The translations under genes were made by a program, and so were the position numbers. DNA of 41,267 bases from positions 1 through 41,267 of the IMG/VR virus record IMGVR_UViG_3300033076_001172; one strand, written 5' to 3'. Below, in pieces: positions 6,922 through 16,392 of the stretch. Below the pieces are notes generated by a model. That model ran no database searches, had not been told where the DNA came from, and saw only the letters and a list, made by a program, of their open reading frames with translations. Each line of letters begins with the position of its first letter. The first letter of the stretch is position 1. The stretch is from a virus. Taxonomy: Duplodnaviria > Caudoviricetes.

Positions 6922-7788
6922 ATGATCGAGAACGCGAAGCGCGCCGGCCGGGCGTCCGGCGCCGCGCTGCTGATGACGCTGCTGTTGGTGAACACTGCTG
7001 CCATCTGGGGGCAGGCTGGTTGGGCGCTGTCGCGCATCTCCGAGAAGATCATCCCGCAGGAGTGGGCGTACGCCGTCGGATTCGGGATCGCGCTCGCGAT
7101 CGGGTTCGCCATGGCGATCGAGGGTGTCGGAGTGTTCCTGGCGCTCAGCGCCGACGAGGCGGACGAGGCTGGCCTTCCCGCCGGCGGGGTGCGGCTCGCG
7201 TCGTACGCGTGGGGTTTCTTCGTGTCGGGTGGGCTGAACCTGTCGCACTGGAGTTTCGGCGCCGCGGGCATCGCGTTCGCCGCCCTGTCGGCGATCTCGC
7301 CGCTGCTATGGGGGGTGCGCGCCCGGATCCGGCGCGGACGTTCGATCGCTCCGTCTCGCCGGTTCTGGCACCCGATCCGCTCGATCGCGCTGATCCGGGC
7401 GATGGCATGGGAGGGTATCGCGACGGAGGAAGAGGGCATCGCCCACCTGAACAGCCGGACCCCCGCCCCCGCCGAGCCGATCGTTGTCGAAGCGGAGATC
7501 GAGCCGGAGGCTGTCGAGCTCGCCCCGGAGATCGAGCCTCCCGCGCCTCGCGTCGAGCGCGCTCCCCGCAAGTCCGGCCAGCAGGGCGCCGGGAATGTGG
7601 CCGCCAGCGAGTTGCTGGCCGGAGCGACGACGGCGGAGGCCAGCGAGCGCTCCGGGCTGAGCATTCAGAATGTGCGCAAGTACGCGAAAGCCATCCAGAT
7701 GTTGCGTGTTGACCCGAACGCTCCGATCGCGCTCAGCCCCGGCGTGGCTGCCATGCTGCGCGACGAGATCCGCCGGTCCGCCGTCTGA
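6922..7788 (+). CDS. Membrane protein, DUF2637/SpdA-SpdB-like, with a C-terminal HTH-like segment
   Basis: About 4 TM helices, LNLSH and RRFWHPIRS motifs, a Pro/Glu linker and AEASERSGLSIQNVRKY. Confidence 0.6.
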   Translation: MIENAKRAGRASGAALLMTLLLVNTAAIWGQAGWALSRISEKIIPQEWAYAVGFGIALAIGFAMAIEGVGVFLALSADEADEAGLPAGGVRLASYAWGFFVSGGLNLSHWSFGAAGIAFAALSAISPLLWGVRARIRRGRSIAPSRRFWHPIRSIALIRAMAWEGIATEEEGIAHLNSRTPAPAEPIVVEAEIEPEAVELAPEIEPPAPRVERAPRKSGQQGAGNVAASELLAGATTAEASERSGLSIQNVRKYAKAIQMLRVDPNAPIALSPGVAAMLRDEIRRSAV

Positions 7789-8141
7789 TGCGCCCGAGGC
7801 CCTGCGGGGCGTGCCGTGCACTCGTCGTCGCGTGTGAGCACTGGGATCCCCAGCGTCGCGCGGCGGCGAGTCGCCCGTTGCCCCCACCCTCGCGCCTCCC
7901 GATCTCCCTCGCCATGCTGTGGCAATCGGCCACCCCCCGCGCCGTGCTGGCCGAAGCGTGCGCCTCCCCCGCCGGCGTGGTGGACGTGCGCCGGAGCCGA
8001 GTCCGGCGCGAGGCGGCGGCCAGGATGGCGCGCCGGGGGATCCTGCTCCAGCACGCCCCGCGCTCCACGTTCTACCGCGTCACCGATGAGGGGCGCCTGG
8101 TGCACGCGAAGTTGCTCGACATGGATGCCGGCCGTTTCTGA
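7788..8141 (+). CDS. Hypothetical protein (CxxC...CxH N-terminus, wHTH-like C-terminus)
   Basis: TGATG coupling, with RPCGAC...CEHW and RRGIL...YRVTDEGR motifs. Confidence 0.6.
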   Translation: MRPRPCGACRALVVACEHWDPQRRAAASRPLPPPSRLPISLAMLWQSATPRAVLAEACASPAGVVDVRRSRVRREAAARMARRGILLQHAPRSTFYRVTDEGRLVHAKLLDMDAGRF

Positions 8142-8144
8142 ATG

Positions 8145-8173
8145 TTGCGCGCTGGATTCTCGCGTGCTAGATT
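8145..8173 (+). promoter_or_regulatory. Cassette-family promoter giving a leaderless mRNA
   Basis: TTGCGC-N17-TAGATT-N6-ATG(8180). Confidence 0.75.
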
Positions 8174-8179
8174 TATGGC

Positions 8180-8374
8180 ATGACGACAGCATGGATCGAG
8201 ATCCCTCCCCCGCCGGACGTGAACGAGGTGGAGGACGAGAGCGGTCGGCGCTATGCGCGCCTGAGTGATACCGGGGAGCACTGGATCAGCACCACACTCG
8301 GCCCCGGTCGTGGTACGTATGCCTGGCATGACCTGCTTCACCAGCGCGGCCCGGTCCGGCTGGTGACCGAATGA
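8180..8374 (+). CDS. Hypothetical protein
   Basis: Leaderless start and ATGA overlap with the methyltransferase. Confidence 0.7.
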   Translation: MTTAWIEIPPPPDVNEVEDESGRRYARLSDTGEHWISTTLGPGRGTYAWHDLLHQRGPVRLVTE

Positions 8375-9570
8375 GGCACGGATCGCTCTGCACGGGATAT
8401 GACGGTATCGGGATGGGGCTCCGGCTCGCTGGCCTGCCGATCGAGGACGCGTGGTGCGCTGAGGTGGAGCCGGCCGTCGCAGCCTTGCTGACGACGCCGA
8501 ATCTCGGAGACGTCAAAGCTGTCGACTGGACTCGTGTCGCCCCGGTGGAGGTGCTGAGCAGCGGGGATCCGTGTCAGTCCATCAGCGTCGCCGGGCGACA
8601 GTTGGGCAAGGAAGACCCCCGGTTCCTCTGGCCATGGGTGCGTGACGCGATCGAGGCGCTCCGCCCGCGTGTCGTCTTTCTGGAGAACGTTCAGGGGATG
8701 GTGTCGCACGATCAGGGGCGCACGATGGCCGAGCGTTTCACCGACCTGCAAGCGCTCGGCTACCGGGTCCGGTGGACGGTGATCGGCGCGTGCGCGATCG
8801 GAGCTCCGCATCACCGGCACCGGTGGTACGCGTACGCCGAGCGCTCCACGGCCAGCACCCCCGCCGTCGAGAGGGTCGGTACGAAGGCGCATTGTGGCGC
8901 CCCGCGCTCCGGCGGTCGCCACTTACTCCCGTCTCCGAGTGCGGCTGACGGGTCGGGCGGTCCCGGGCGCAGCGACAAGCGCAAGGGTGGCGACAATCTC
9001 CGCACCGCCGTGACCCTACTGCCCACCCCGTGCGCGCGGGACAGGGAAGGGCGTAACGAGGGGTCGCCGGAGTTCTGGGCGCGCAAGATCGAGCGCATGC
9101 CGGAGCGCGCACACATGGGCGCGGCTGTCAACCTGCTCCCCACTCCTCGCGCCACCGACGGGACGAACGGAGGGCCGAATCAGCGCAACTCACGAGGTGG
9201 ATACGACGCACTTCCCGGCGCGGCCGTCAACCTACTGCCCACCCCGACAGTGACCAATCGGTACGGCAACGGCTACAACAATCGCGGGGAACTGCTGCTC
9301 CCCGGCGTAGCGTCCAACCCTGAAGCGTGGGGGAAGTTCGCCGATGCGGTGGCACTGTGGGAGGAGATCACGGGAGTGGTCGCGCCGGCGCCCACGGTTC
9401 CCGGACCGAACGGCGGGGTGCGGCTGAACCCGGAGCTGCCCGAATGGATGATGGGTCTGCCGATCGGCCACCTCTCGGCGCGCATGTCCCGCAACGACGC
9501 GCTCAAAGCCGCAGGGAACGGCGTCGTCCCGCTTCAGGCGGCGGCGGCATGGCGCATGCTGGCCGACTGA
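8371..9570 (+). CDS. DNA (cytosine-5) methyltransferase
   Basis: SLCTGYDG (motif I), GDPCQSISVAG (IV), FLENV (VI), HHRHRWY (VIII) and AAGNGVVP (X). Confidence 0.93.
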   Translation: MRHGSLCTGYDGIGMGLRLAGLPIEDAWCAEVEPAVAALLTTPNLGDVKAVDWTRVAPVEVLSSGDPCQSISVAGRQLGKEDPRFLWPWVRDAIEALRPRVVFLENVQGMVSHDQGRTMAERFTDLQALGYRVRWTVIGACAIGAPHHRHRWYAYAERSTASTPAVERVGTKAHCGAPRSGGRHLLPSPSAADGSGGPGRSDKRKGGDNLRTAVTLLPTPCARDREGRNEGSPEFWARKIERMPERAHMGAAVNLLPTPRATDGTNGGPNQRNSRGGYDALPGAAVNLLPTPTVTNRYGNGYNNRGELLLPGVASNPEAWGKFADAVALWEEITGVVAPAPTVPGPNGGVRLNPELPEWMMGLPIGHLSARMSRNDALKAAGNGVVPLQAAAAWRMLAD

Positions 9571-9587
9571 CCAGGTTCTAAATACAG

Positions 9588-9625
9588 CTCAGCCCCGGCG
9601 CCAGGGAGACCACGCCGGGGCTGAG
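9588..9625. terminator. Bidirectional terminator where the two arms converge
   Basis: CTCAGCCCCGGCG-N12-CGCCGGGGCTGAG between convergent stop codons. Confidence 0.8.
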
Positions 9626-9641
9626 TGCTGTGCTGGGAGGG

Positions 9642-9977
9642 TTACTTCGTCACTCCCAGGTAGGACAGTAGCGCGATGAACGCTGTCGCCACGGTGCAGA
9701 TCAGGACGATCACGGATTTCGGCATCTTGTCGCGTTCCAGCATCCTGATTCGCGCCTCGAAGTCCGCGCGCACCTGAGCGATCTCCGCCTTCAGGTGCGC
9801 GACCTCCGCTGGGACCGCCGACAGCGCGCGGATCTCGCGCTTGTGTTCGGTCACGTCCTCTTTGATATAGGCCATATCGGACAAGACGGTGCCAACCTTT
9901 GCCGAGAGGTCACCCAGGATGCGGTGAATCTCGGCCAGCATGGCACCTGTGCCCTCGGGCTGGTAGGGGGTTGTCAC
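9642..9977 (-). CDS. Lysis-cassette membrane protein (coiled coil plus C-terminal TM)
   Basis: Directly downstream of the lysin, with a heptad-like body and a hydrophobic C-terminus. GTG start inferred. Confidence 0.65.
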   Translation of the reverse strand: MTTPYQPEGTGAMLAEIHRILGDLSAKVGTVLSDMAYIKEDVTEHKREIRALSAVPAEVAHLKAEIAQVRADFEARIRMLERDKMPKSVIVLICTVATAFIALLSYLGVTK

Positions 9978-9984
9978 GATTTGC

Positions 9985-10749
9985 CTACTTGTCGAGCGCG
10001 GCTCGCAGCTCACGCACCGCGGCGGCGATCTCGGCCAGCACGGCATCCTGAGCGTCCTGCCGGCGGGCCACCTCCTCGGCGCGCGCGTTCTCGCGGGACT
10101 CCATCATGCGGATCCAGCCACCGACGCGGCCCTCCCCCCTCGGGGTGGTGGTGGACAGCGGGTTCTCTTCGCTCCAGCCTTTCAGGGCTTCGGTGACGGC
10201 CGCGATCAGCTGAGCCTCGGTCATGTCGTCCTCCGGGGTGTCGATGGCGCCGATGGCCTGGAACCAGCGGCGGAACAGGGCGGTCTTGTCGCGGTTCTCG
10301 CTGTCGCGATGCCACGAGATGTGCGTGTGCGTGAGGTGCGAGTCGTCGCCGGAGCTGCGGATCCCGAGCCGGTCCCAGCGTTTGACGATCTCCCCGTCCG
10401 GCGAATAGATGATCTCGCGAATGTCGCCGGTGTCTGGCGCGCCCGTGCGGCACTGGCCGACGAGCCACGACGAGAACGTCCGCAGGTTATGGTTCCGGCC
10501 CTTGACGGTGATCTTGAACCAGCCGACGTCGAGCGCGCTCGCCGCGTCGCTCAGTCCGTTACGGTCGCGCGGCGACTCCACGATCGAGTAGGACGTCGAT
10601 CGGAGCGCGTCTTTGCCGAGGTGATAGGACGTGCCACTGTTGGCGTGCGCATCGTCGCCGACGATCCCCAACTCCACGGCGGACAGTTGCGGGATGTGCG
10701 TCTGGATCAGCCGGCGCACGTCGAGAATGCTTTTGGGTGCGAATGACAT
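9985..10749 (-). CDS. Endolysin, probably an M15-like zinc peptidase
   Basis: GIVGDDAH, SYH, ASALDV and SHLTHTHIS motifs. Position after the tail genes, with a strong AGGAGG RBS. Confidence 0.7.
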   Translation of the reverse strand: MSFAPKSILDVRRLIQTHIPQLSAVELGIVGDDAHANSGTSYHLGKDALRSTSYSIVESPRDRNGLSDAASALDVGWFKITVKGRNHNLRTFSSWLVGQCRTGAPDTGDIREIIYSPDGEIVKRWDRLGIRSSGDDSHLTHTHISWHRDSENRDKTALFRRWFQAIGAIDTPEDDMTEAQLIAAVTEALKGWSEENPLSTTTPRGEGRVGGWIRMMESRENARAEEVARRQDAQDAVLAEIAAAVRELRAALDK

Positions 10750-10823
10750 CAGGCCTCCCCTCCTGTGTCGACACTATCACCGTCGCGGATATTCATCACG
10801 CTCAGTGACGGTCACGGGTTCGC

Positions 10824-11324
10824 TCAGAAAAGCGGGATGACGACGACGTCCCGCTGAAACACGGTCCCGTTGCCCGCGCTCAGCACCTTTTTCTGGACGA
10901 CGACGTTGTACGTCGATCCGGCCGTCAGGCCGGTCACGCGCCGGAACATCGAGGCTTGGATGCGCGTCTCTGCGTTCGTCGTCCCTGCCGTGGAACTCTG
11001 CGACGTCTCGATCGAGCTGTCGTCACTGGCCGCAGACACCACGGTTCCGCTTCCGAGAGTACTTCCGGTGGCCACGGACACGGAGACGGCGGCGCGAGTG
11101 CTGTTCGAGTTGCACTGGAAACGCGCACTCCACAGCACCAGGACGTTGCCAGACTCCGGCGCGACGAACGTCGTCCCGCACACCGTGGAACCCGAATCGA
11201 AAGACGTGTTCGTGAACGCCGTCTCGTCGGCCGTCTCGCTGTCGGCGACGTCGTCCGGGGCGACGAGGTTCGTGTTCAGCAGGTCCGCCGTCAGCCTCTG
11301 GCCGGTGGCGAATTCGATAGCCAT
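10824..11324 (-). CDS. Minor tail protein
   Basis: FATGQRLTADLLN N-terminus typical of actinophage tail-fibre-associated proteins. Ser/Thr-rich beta protein. Confidence 0.75.
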   Translation of the reverse strand: MAIEFATGQRLTADLLNTNLVAPDDVADSETADETAFTNTSFDSGSTVCGTTFVAPESGNVLVLWSARFQCNSNSTRAAVSVSVATGSTLGSGTVVSAASDDSSIETSQSSTAGTTNAETRIQASMFRRVTGLTAGSTYNVVVQKKVLSAGNGTVFQRDVVVIPLF

Positions 11325-11340
11325 GATGCACTCCCCCTGG

Positions 11341-14160
11341 TCAGCTTGCGATGTAGAACGGATGGGCGAGCCGGACCGCGGCGCCGGCGTCGTGCGCCTT
11401 GACCACCCCGTTCACCGACCGGACCACCGTACCCGTCTGCGGCGATGACGTGCCGGTCACCGCGGTCAGCGACATCTCCTCCCCGCCGACCACGATCGGA
11501 ATCGGGAAGTCGGCGGGGAGCGCGGCACTGGTGACCCACACGGCGGATCCGGCCGGTGTGACCAGCGAGATCGAAGTGGCCGTGGTGGTGATCCCGGACC
11601 CGATCGTGTGGCCGGTGGCGTCCAGCCGCGGCGTGGGGATGTCGTTGTCGAGGATCACCACGGACCCGTACGGGCCACCCGGTGAACAGTTGTATTCGAT
11701 CTCCCACAGGAAGTGGCTGAGTTGCTCACTGTAGCCCTGGACGATCTGCGGGACGTCGTCCGGCGGCATCCATGCCGGCAGGCCGGTCAACGTCGCCGTG
11801 TCGCCGAGATTCAGCCCGGCGACGGCGCCGAACAGATCGTCATCGGCCAGCAGGCGCGCGCGATGCAGCGCCACCACCAGGTCAGGATACCGGTCCTGAT
11901 CCCACGACGATGTCAGCGCGAGCCACCCCGCCACCGAGGGAAGTCGATCGTCCGATGCCAGGTTGAGCGTGGTCTCCGTCGCGTACCGGCCGACACCTGC
12001 GGGCGGATCCGAGATCGACGTCAAGCCCTCGGTCACGATCGCGCGGAACGACGATCCTCCAGTGCGAACGACGGTCACGTCGTTGGTGAACCCGATGTCG
12101 TCATCTGTCGGGGATGGGGGGTCGGCCAGGTCGGACAGCGTGTGCGAGAGCGTCGCGTCGGTGCGCACCTCGAGGTCTGCGCGGGTGCGGTATTCGAGCG
12201 TCATCGCATCGCGAGCCTCCCCGCCGATCCCCCCGTCAGTCTCCCAGCACTCGGCGATCAGGTCGGGCAGCGTCTTCGTCGTCTGATAGCCCATGGGTTC
12301 CGAGTCCGAGTAGCGCCCGGTGATCTCCATCGGCACGCCCTCTTCAGCGGCCAGCCTCGCGAGTCTGGCCGCCGCCGTCTCGTTCCGGTAGGCGTTCGCC
12401 ACGTCCCGGTAGGGCATGGCCGCCACGTCCACAAGGCCGGTAGCGGCGTACACCTGAGAGATGCGCATGTCGTTGAACGCGGCGTCGTTGCCGGACAGGA
12501 ACCATATCTGCCGCGGCTCGACGAACCCGGCGCCACCCGTGATCGTGTTCGGCCCGACCGTTCCGCCGAACGTGCCGATCGTGTCCCATCGCTGGGTGTA
12601 CTTCAGGTCGGCGCCGACCTCTTCGAGGTTCAGGCTGTAGCCGACCCACGCGCCGTTCGGGTTGACGTTGGTGATGCTGGTGGAGACCGTCGAGACGAGA
12701 GCGTCGGTGATGTCATACCAGTTGATCACCCATGTCGTCGGGCCGAGTCCGATCTCCACGCGCCAGAACGTGAAATAGATGATCGCGAATATTTTCTGGG
12801 TGGCAGGCAACGCTGTCGTCTTGATGTAGAAGATGTAGCTGTACTCCTGCGCAAGATCAAACAATTTCATGTTCGCGATCGCGCGCGAGCTCGAGTTGCT
12901 GAACGCGAGCGACGACGTGGCGCCGGGCGGCGCATCTCCGTCGCCGAGCCGAGCCTCCCGCAGGCTCATCGCGTAGACGATCGCGCGAGGGTCGGTCCCG
13001 CCGGCTAGGTTCGCGCCGCGCACCGCGTCGCTGTCGTCCTCCAGCGGCCACCATGCGAACGTCGTCGTGAGCGCCTTGAAGTTGCGCGTCATCGGCGAGT
13101 CGAGAGGCTTCACGCCCTGACTCAGGCGTTGCAGCATCCCCGCGGCCCCGGCCGGGATCGTGACGTCGTTGCCCGAAGAGTCCCAGCGTTTCGGCAGCGA
13201 CGACAGCTCGCCCCAGAACCGGACGCGATCCGAGGTCACCCGCGCCCCGTCACCCGAGATCGTCCACGTGTTCGGCGACGCTAGGCCGTCACTCCATGAC
13301 GTCGCACCGAGAGCCTGCGCGCCGGGGTTGAAGTCGGCGACGAGCGTCCCGTTGATCCCGTTGCGCACCTGGAACCGGAACACCTTCCCGCCGTAGGGGA
13401 TGGTGTTGGCGAACGGGTTCGAGCGCGCGACGTTCAGCTCGGCCGTGCCGGAGAAGATCGACGTCGTTCCGGCCTGGACGACCGGCGAGCCGAGCGTCGT
13501 CCACGGGCCGGTGATCGACTCGCCGGTGTAGAACGTGATCGTCCGGTTCCCTCCGCCCGAGTCCACGTCCAGCGTGACGCGCACGCTGATCCGGCCAGAA
13601 GCCGGAGGGGTGATCGGATCGGACGAGACGGCGATGGCGGAGGCGAACGTCCCGAGGGTGGACCAATTCAGGATCAGCTTTCCTTGGCCGGTGAATCGCA
13701 GGATCCAGGAGCGCTGATCTCCGATGGTCAGCCACTTCCCGGCGAGGGTCGAGTCAGTGGTGGCGCGCCACGCGTGCGGCCAGATGTCCGCCCTGATGTC
13801 GATGTCGCCGGTGATGTCGAGCGACGACTTGTCGCTAGTCACCGCCCCGGCGATGGCGTTCGTGTCGTTCCACAGGGTCTTCAGGTGGTTGTCACCCCGG
13901 CCAGCAGACACGCGGATCTGCGTGTTCTTCCCGATCTTCCCGTAGTTGACCGAGGAGGGGAGGCGCGTCGAGAAGAACCCGTCGGCGTTGTCGAAGGTGA
14001 GCGAGGCGCGCTGACTGGCCGCGCGGCCCTGTGCGTTGCCGCGCCCGCGCTGGATGTCGATCCTCTGCCCGTTGCGCACCCGTGAGGAGACGTCCGTCCA
14101 GATGCCGTCGATCAGCACCTCGATGATCGGGTGTTCGTCATCGCCGTACAGTGTCGCCAT
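11341..14160 (-). CDS. Large minor tail/baseplate protein with LamG-like segments
   Basis: WTDVSSRVR...IQRGR, LDITGDIDIRAD and WWPLEDD motifs. Follows the tape measure gene. Confidence 0.85.
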   Translation of the reverse strand: MATLYGDDEHPIIEVLIDGIWTDVSSRVRNGQRIDIQRGRGNAQGRAASQRASLTFDNADGFFSTRLPSSVNYGKIGKNTQIRVSAGRGDNHLKTLWNDTNAIAGAVTSDKSSLDITGDIDIRADIWPHAWRATTDSTLAGKWLTIGDQRSWILRFTGQGKLILNWSTLGTFASAIAVSSDPITPPASGRISVRVTLDVDSGGGNRTITFYTGESITGPWTTLGSPVVQAGTTSIFSGTAELNVARSNPFANTIPYGGKVFRFQVRNGINGTLVADFNPGAQALGATSWSDGLASPNTWTISGDGARVTSDRVRFWGELSSLPKRWDSSGNDVTIPAGAAGMLQRLSQGVKPLDSPMTRNFKALTTTFAWWPLEDDSDAVRGANLAGGTDPRAIVYAMSLREARLGDGDAPPGATSSLAFSNSSSRAIANMKLFDLAQEYSYIFYIKTTALPATQKIFAIIYFTFWRVEIGLGPTTWVINWYDITDALVSTVSTSITNVNPNGAWVGYSLNLEEVGADLKYTQRWDTIGTFGGTVGPNTITGGAGFVEPRQIWFLSGNDAAFNDMRISQVYAATGLVDVAAMPYRDVANAYRNETAAARLARLAAEEGVPMEITGRYSDSEPMGYQTTKTLPDLIAECWETDGGIGGEARDAMTLEYRTRADLEVRTDATLSHTLSDLADPPSPTDDDIGFTNDVTVVRTGGSSFRAIVTEGLTSISDPPAGVGRYATETTLNLASDDRLPSVAGWLALTSSWDQDRYPDLVVALHRARLLADDDLFGAVAGLNLGDTATLTGLPAWMPPDDVPQIVQGYSEQLSHFLWEIEYNCSPGGPYGSVVILDNDIPTPRLDATGHTIGSGITTTATSISLVTPAGSAVWVTSAALPADFPIPIVVGGEEMSLTAVTGTSSPQTGTVVRSVNGVVKAHDAGAAVRLAHPFYIAS

Positions 14161-14174
14161 GCGCTCCCCCTGGA

Positions 14175-16187
14175 TCAGCCGACTCGGGACACACCGAGCA
14201 CCGTCTGTACGTTACCGCCCTGTTGGCTGATCTCTAGCCGGAGCATGGCCAGCAGTTCGCGGATCAGGCGGTTACTGCCGGACGGGTCGATCTTGAAAGT
14301 CATCGGCGGGGGGGTCGGATGGATGTTGCCGAACCCGTTCGAGGCGATCCGTCGCGAGTCCGGGTTGGAGTGGACCTGCGTCCCGGCCGGCAACTTCACC
14401 AACTCCGGCCCGGCCTCACCCACCATCGTCAGCCCGGACGACATGGAGCCGTTCGCCGCGCCCGTGATGCCGCCGTGCGCGTATCCGCCGATACCCGAGT
14501 CGGTTCCCGCGGCGTTGCCGACAACGCGACGCCGGGTGATGAACGTCTGCGTGAACGTCCCCTCCCACGCAGTCGCCGCGCCTTTCGCCGCCTGGAGTGC
14601 GCGCTCCAGGTCCCTGATCTGCGACTCGCTCAAGCCGGCCTCGCGCCACACTGCCCGCAGTGCGGGGGTGACCTCGCCGAGTCCATCCTTGGCCGCCGCA
14701 GCTGCCGCACCGGACATGCCCGTCGCCGCCTTGCCGAGACGCACCAGCGCCTCGCGCGCCTCGGCCGATTTCGGCCCGTGCTTGTCGAGTGCCTTGTTGT
14801 ACTCGTTCTGCGCCTTGCTGACGTCCTGCTGGGCGCTGATCAGGTTGAACAGGGGGTCGGTCTGCTTCTTCATCTCATCGGCGAGCACCCCCATCCACTC
14901 GACCTGTGCCTGCACCGCCGCGGTGGTGCCGTCCACCTTGTCGGCGAGATCGGCCTGCGCGCTCCCGGTGTCGTCACTGGCCGAGGCGCCGATGCCGAGT
15001 TTCTCGGCCATCTGATCCAGCCACCCGACGGCTCCGCCGATCACCTCGCCCATCGGCCGCAGACCCTCGATCACCGCGGCCGACGCCTCGAGGAAGATCG
15101 AGAGCATGTCGACGGCGACGACGAGCGCCGCGCTCAGGAAATCGATCGCTGCCGCCCACGAGTGCGTGTCGTCGGACGTCCGGGTGATCAGGTCTCCGAG
15201 CGCCTCCCCGACCTCAGCGAACAGGTCGGCGAACGACTGCACGACAGGCCCGGCGTTGCCGAGCGCGTCGTCGATCCCCTCGACGATCGACTCGATGCCG
15301 TCCACGATCCCGTTGAGCAGGGGATCGATCAGCCCTCCGCTCTGGGAGAAGATGGAGCGGATCTCCGGGAGGAGACCTTTCCAGCGCGCGGCCACGGTGT
15401 TGATCGCCCCGACAGCCGAGGGAACGAACGCCGTCGACGCATCTTTCAGATCGTCTTTCAGTATGGTCCCGAGCGCCTTGCCCGCGCCCTTGACCTGCGG
15501 GTGCTGTACTGCGGCAGCGAATCCGCCGGCGATACCGACACCCGCAGCGCCGCCCACGACGGCCGCGCCGAGCACCCCGCCGATCAGCGGAGCTGCGGTG
15601 GCGGCGACGAGCGCGAGCGCGCCCAGCACCTTCGGGTTGTCGGCCGTGTTCGCCAGCATCTCGCCGAACGACTCGACGAACCCCTTAGCTGCCTTCGCCC
15701 CGGCGCGGGCGCCACCCCTCGCCGCGCCGGGGATCAACCCCTCCCCGTCGTCACCACCCTTGGCGCCGGACTTCAGGCCGTCGCTGATCCCCTTGCCCAG
15801 TTTTCCGCCGGCGTCCCGCCCGGCGTTCTCCATCTCGTCGGCGACGTCCTGTCCGAGTGTCGTCGCCCCGGACAGGACGTCCGGGGCCGCCTCGTCGAAT
15901 CCGTCGAGCACGCCCTGACCTAGCCCGCTTCCGGCCTCATGCCCGGCGTCGCCGAGAATGCCGGACACGCCGGATCCGAGGTCGGACGCGCTCCCCAGGA
16001 TCGAGCCGTGACCGGACTCGAATCCCTGGCCGATCCCGTCAGCGAGACCCTTGCCCGCTTTGGTGCCGGATTGCTTGAGATCGCGTTCGATCTCCTCGCC
16101 GGCCTTCTTCGCCGACTGTCGAGCCTTGGCGAATCCCGCGGCGGTATCGTCCTCCGCGCGCACATGGATGACGACCTCATTCTCCAT
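14175..16187 (-). CDS. Tape measure protein
   Basis: Long Ala/Gly-rich helical protein with C-terminal YAHGG...VGEAGPELV. Follows the tail chaperone. Confidence 0.9.
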   Translation of the reverse strand: MENEVVIHVRAEDDTAAGFAKARQSAKKAGEEIERDLKQSGTKAGKGLADGIGQGFESGHGSILGSASDLGSGVSGILGDAGHEAGSGLGQGVLDGFDEAAPDVLSGATTLGQDVADEMENAGRDAGGKLGKGISDGLKSGAKGGDDGEGLIPGAARGGARAGAKAAKGFVESFGEMLANTADNPKVLGALALVAATAAPLIGGVLGAAVVGGAAGVGIAGGFAAAVQHPQVKGAGKALGTILKDDLKDASTAFVPSAVGAINTVAARWKGLLPEIRSIFSQSGGLIDPLLNGIVDGIESIVEGIDDALGNAGPVVQSFADLFAEVGEALGDLITRTSDDTHSWAAAIDFLSAALVVAVDMLSIFLEASAAVIEGLRPMGEVIGGAVGWLDQMAEKLGIGASASDDTGSAQADLADKVDGTTAAVQAQVEWMGVLADEMKKQTDPLFNLISAQQDVSKAQNEYNKALDKHGPKSAEAREALVRLGKAATGMSGAAAAAAKDGLGEVTPALRAVWREAGLSESQIRDLERALQAAKGAATAWEGTFTQTFITRRRVVGNAAGTDSGIGGYAHGGITGAANGSMSSGLTMVGEAGPELVKLPAGTQVHSNPDSRRIASNGFGNIHPTPPPMTFKIDPSGSNRLIRELLAMLRLEISQQGGNVQTVLGVSRVG

Positions 16188-16392
16188 CGCCGCGATACCG
16201 CCTCTCGATCAGGATCATTTGCAGGAGGGACGCATCCTCGGCCAGTACTTGCGAGGGGAGCGCTTTGAAGCGGTCGCAGAGGTAGAGCAGATCGAGGGCT
16301 TCGGACAGTTCAGGCGGTGCGGTTACAGGGTTTCCATCGGAATCGACTCCTCCGCCGACGTGGCGGAAGAGGTCGATTCCAGCGCCAAAGGG
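16177..16392 (-). CDS. Tail assembly chaperone, -1 frameshift extension (gpT-like)
   Basis: Open -1 frame (…PPELSEALDLLYLCDRFKALPSQV…) that overlaps the tape measure start. Slippery C CCT TTG at 16392-16386. Confidence 0.7.
   Translation of the reverse strand, partial: PFGAGIDLFRHVGGGVDSDGNPVTAPPELSEALDLLYLCDRFKALPSQVLAEDASLLQMILIERRYRGDGE

Noticed and set aside
9601-9612. Second anti-RBS loop (TGGTCTCCCTGG on the minus strand)
   Set aside because: It has only about 8 nt of complementarity to a couple of leaders and no separate promoter. A bidirectional terminator explains it adequately.
11713-15923. Long plus-strand ORFs opposite the tail genes, and similar shadows such as 32840-33751 and 36313-37836
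   Set aside because: These are antisense shadow ORFs typical of high-GC DNA, with no motifs or RBS, and they overlap well-supported genes.
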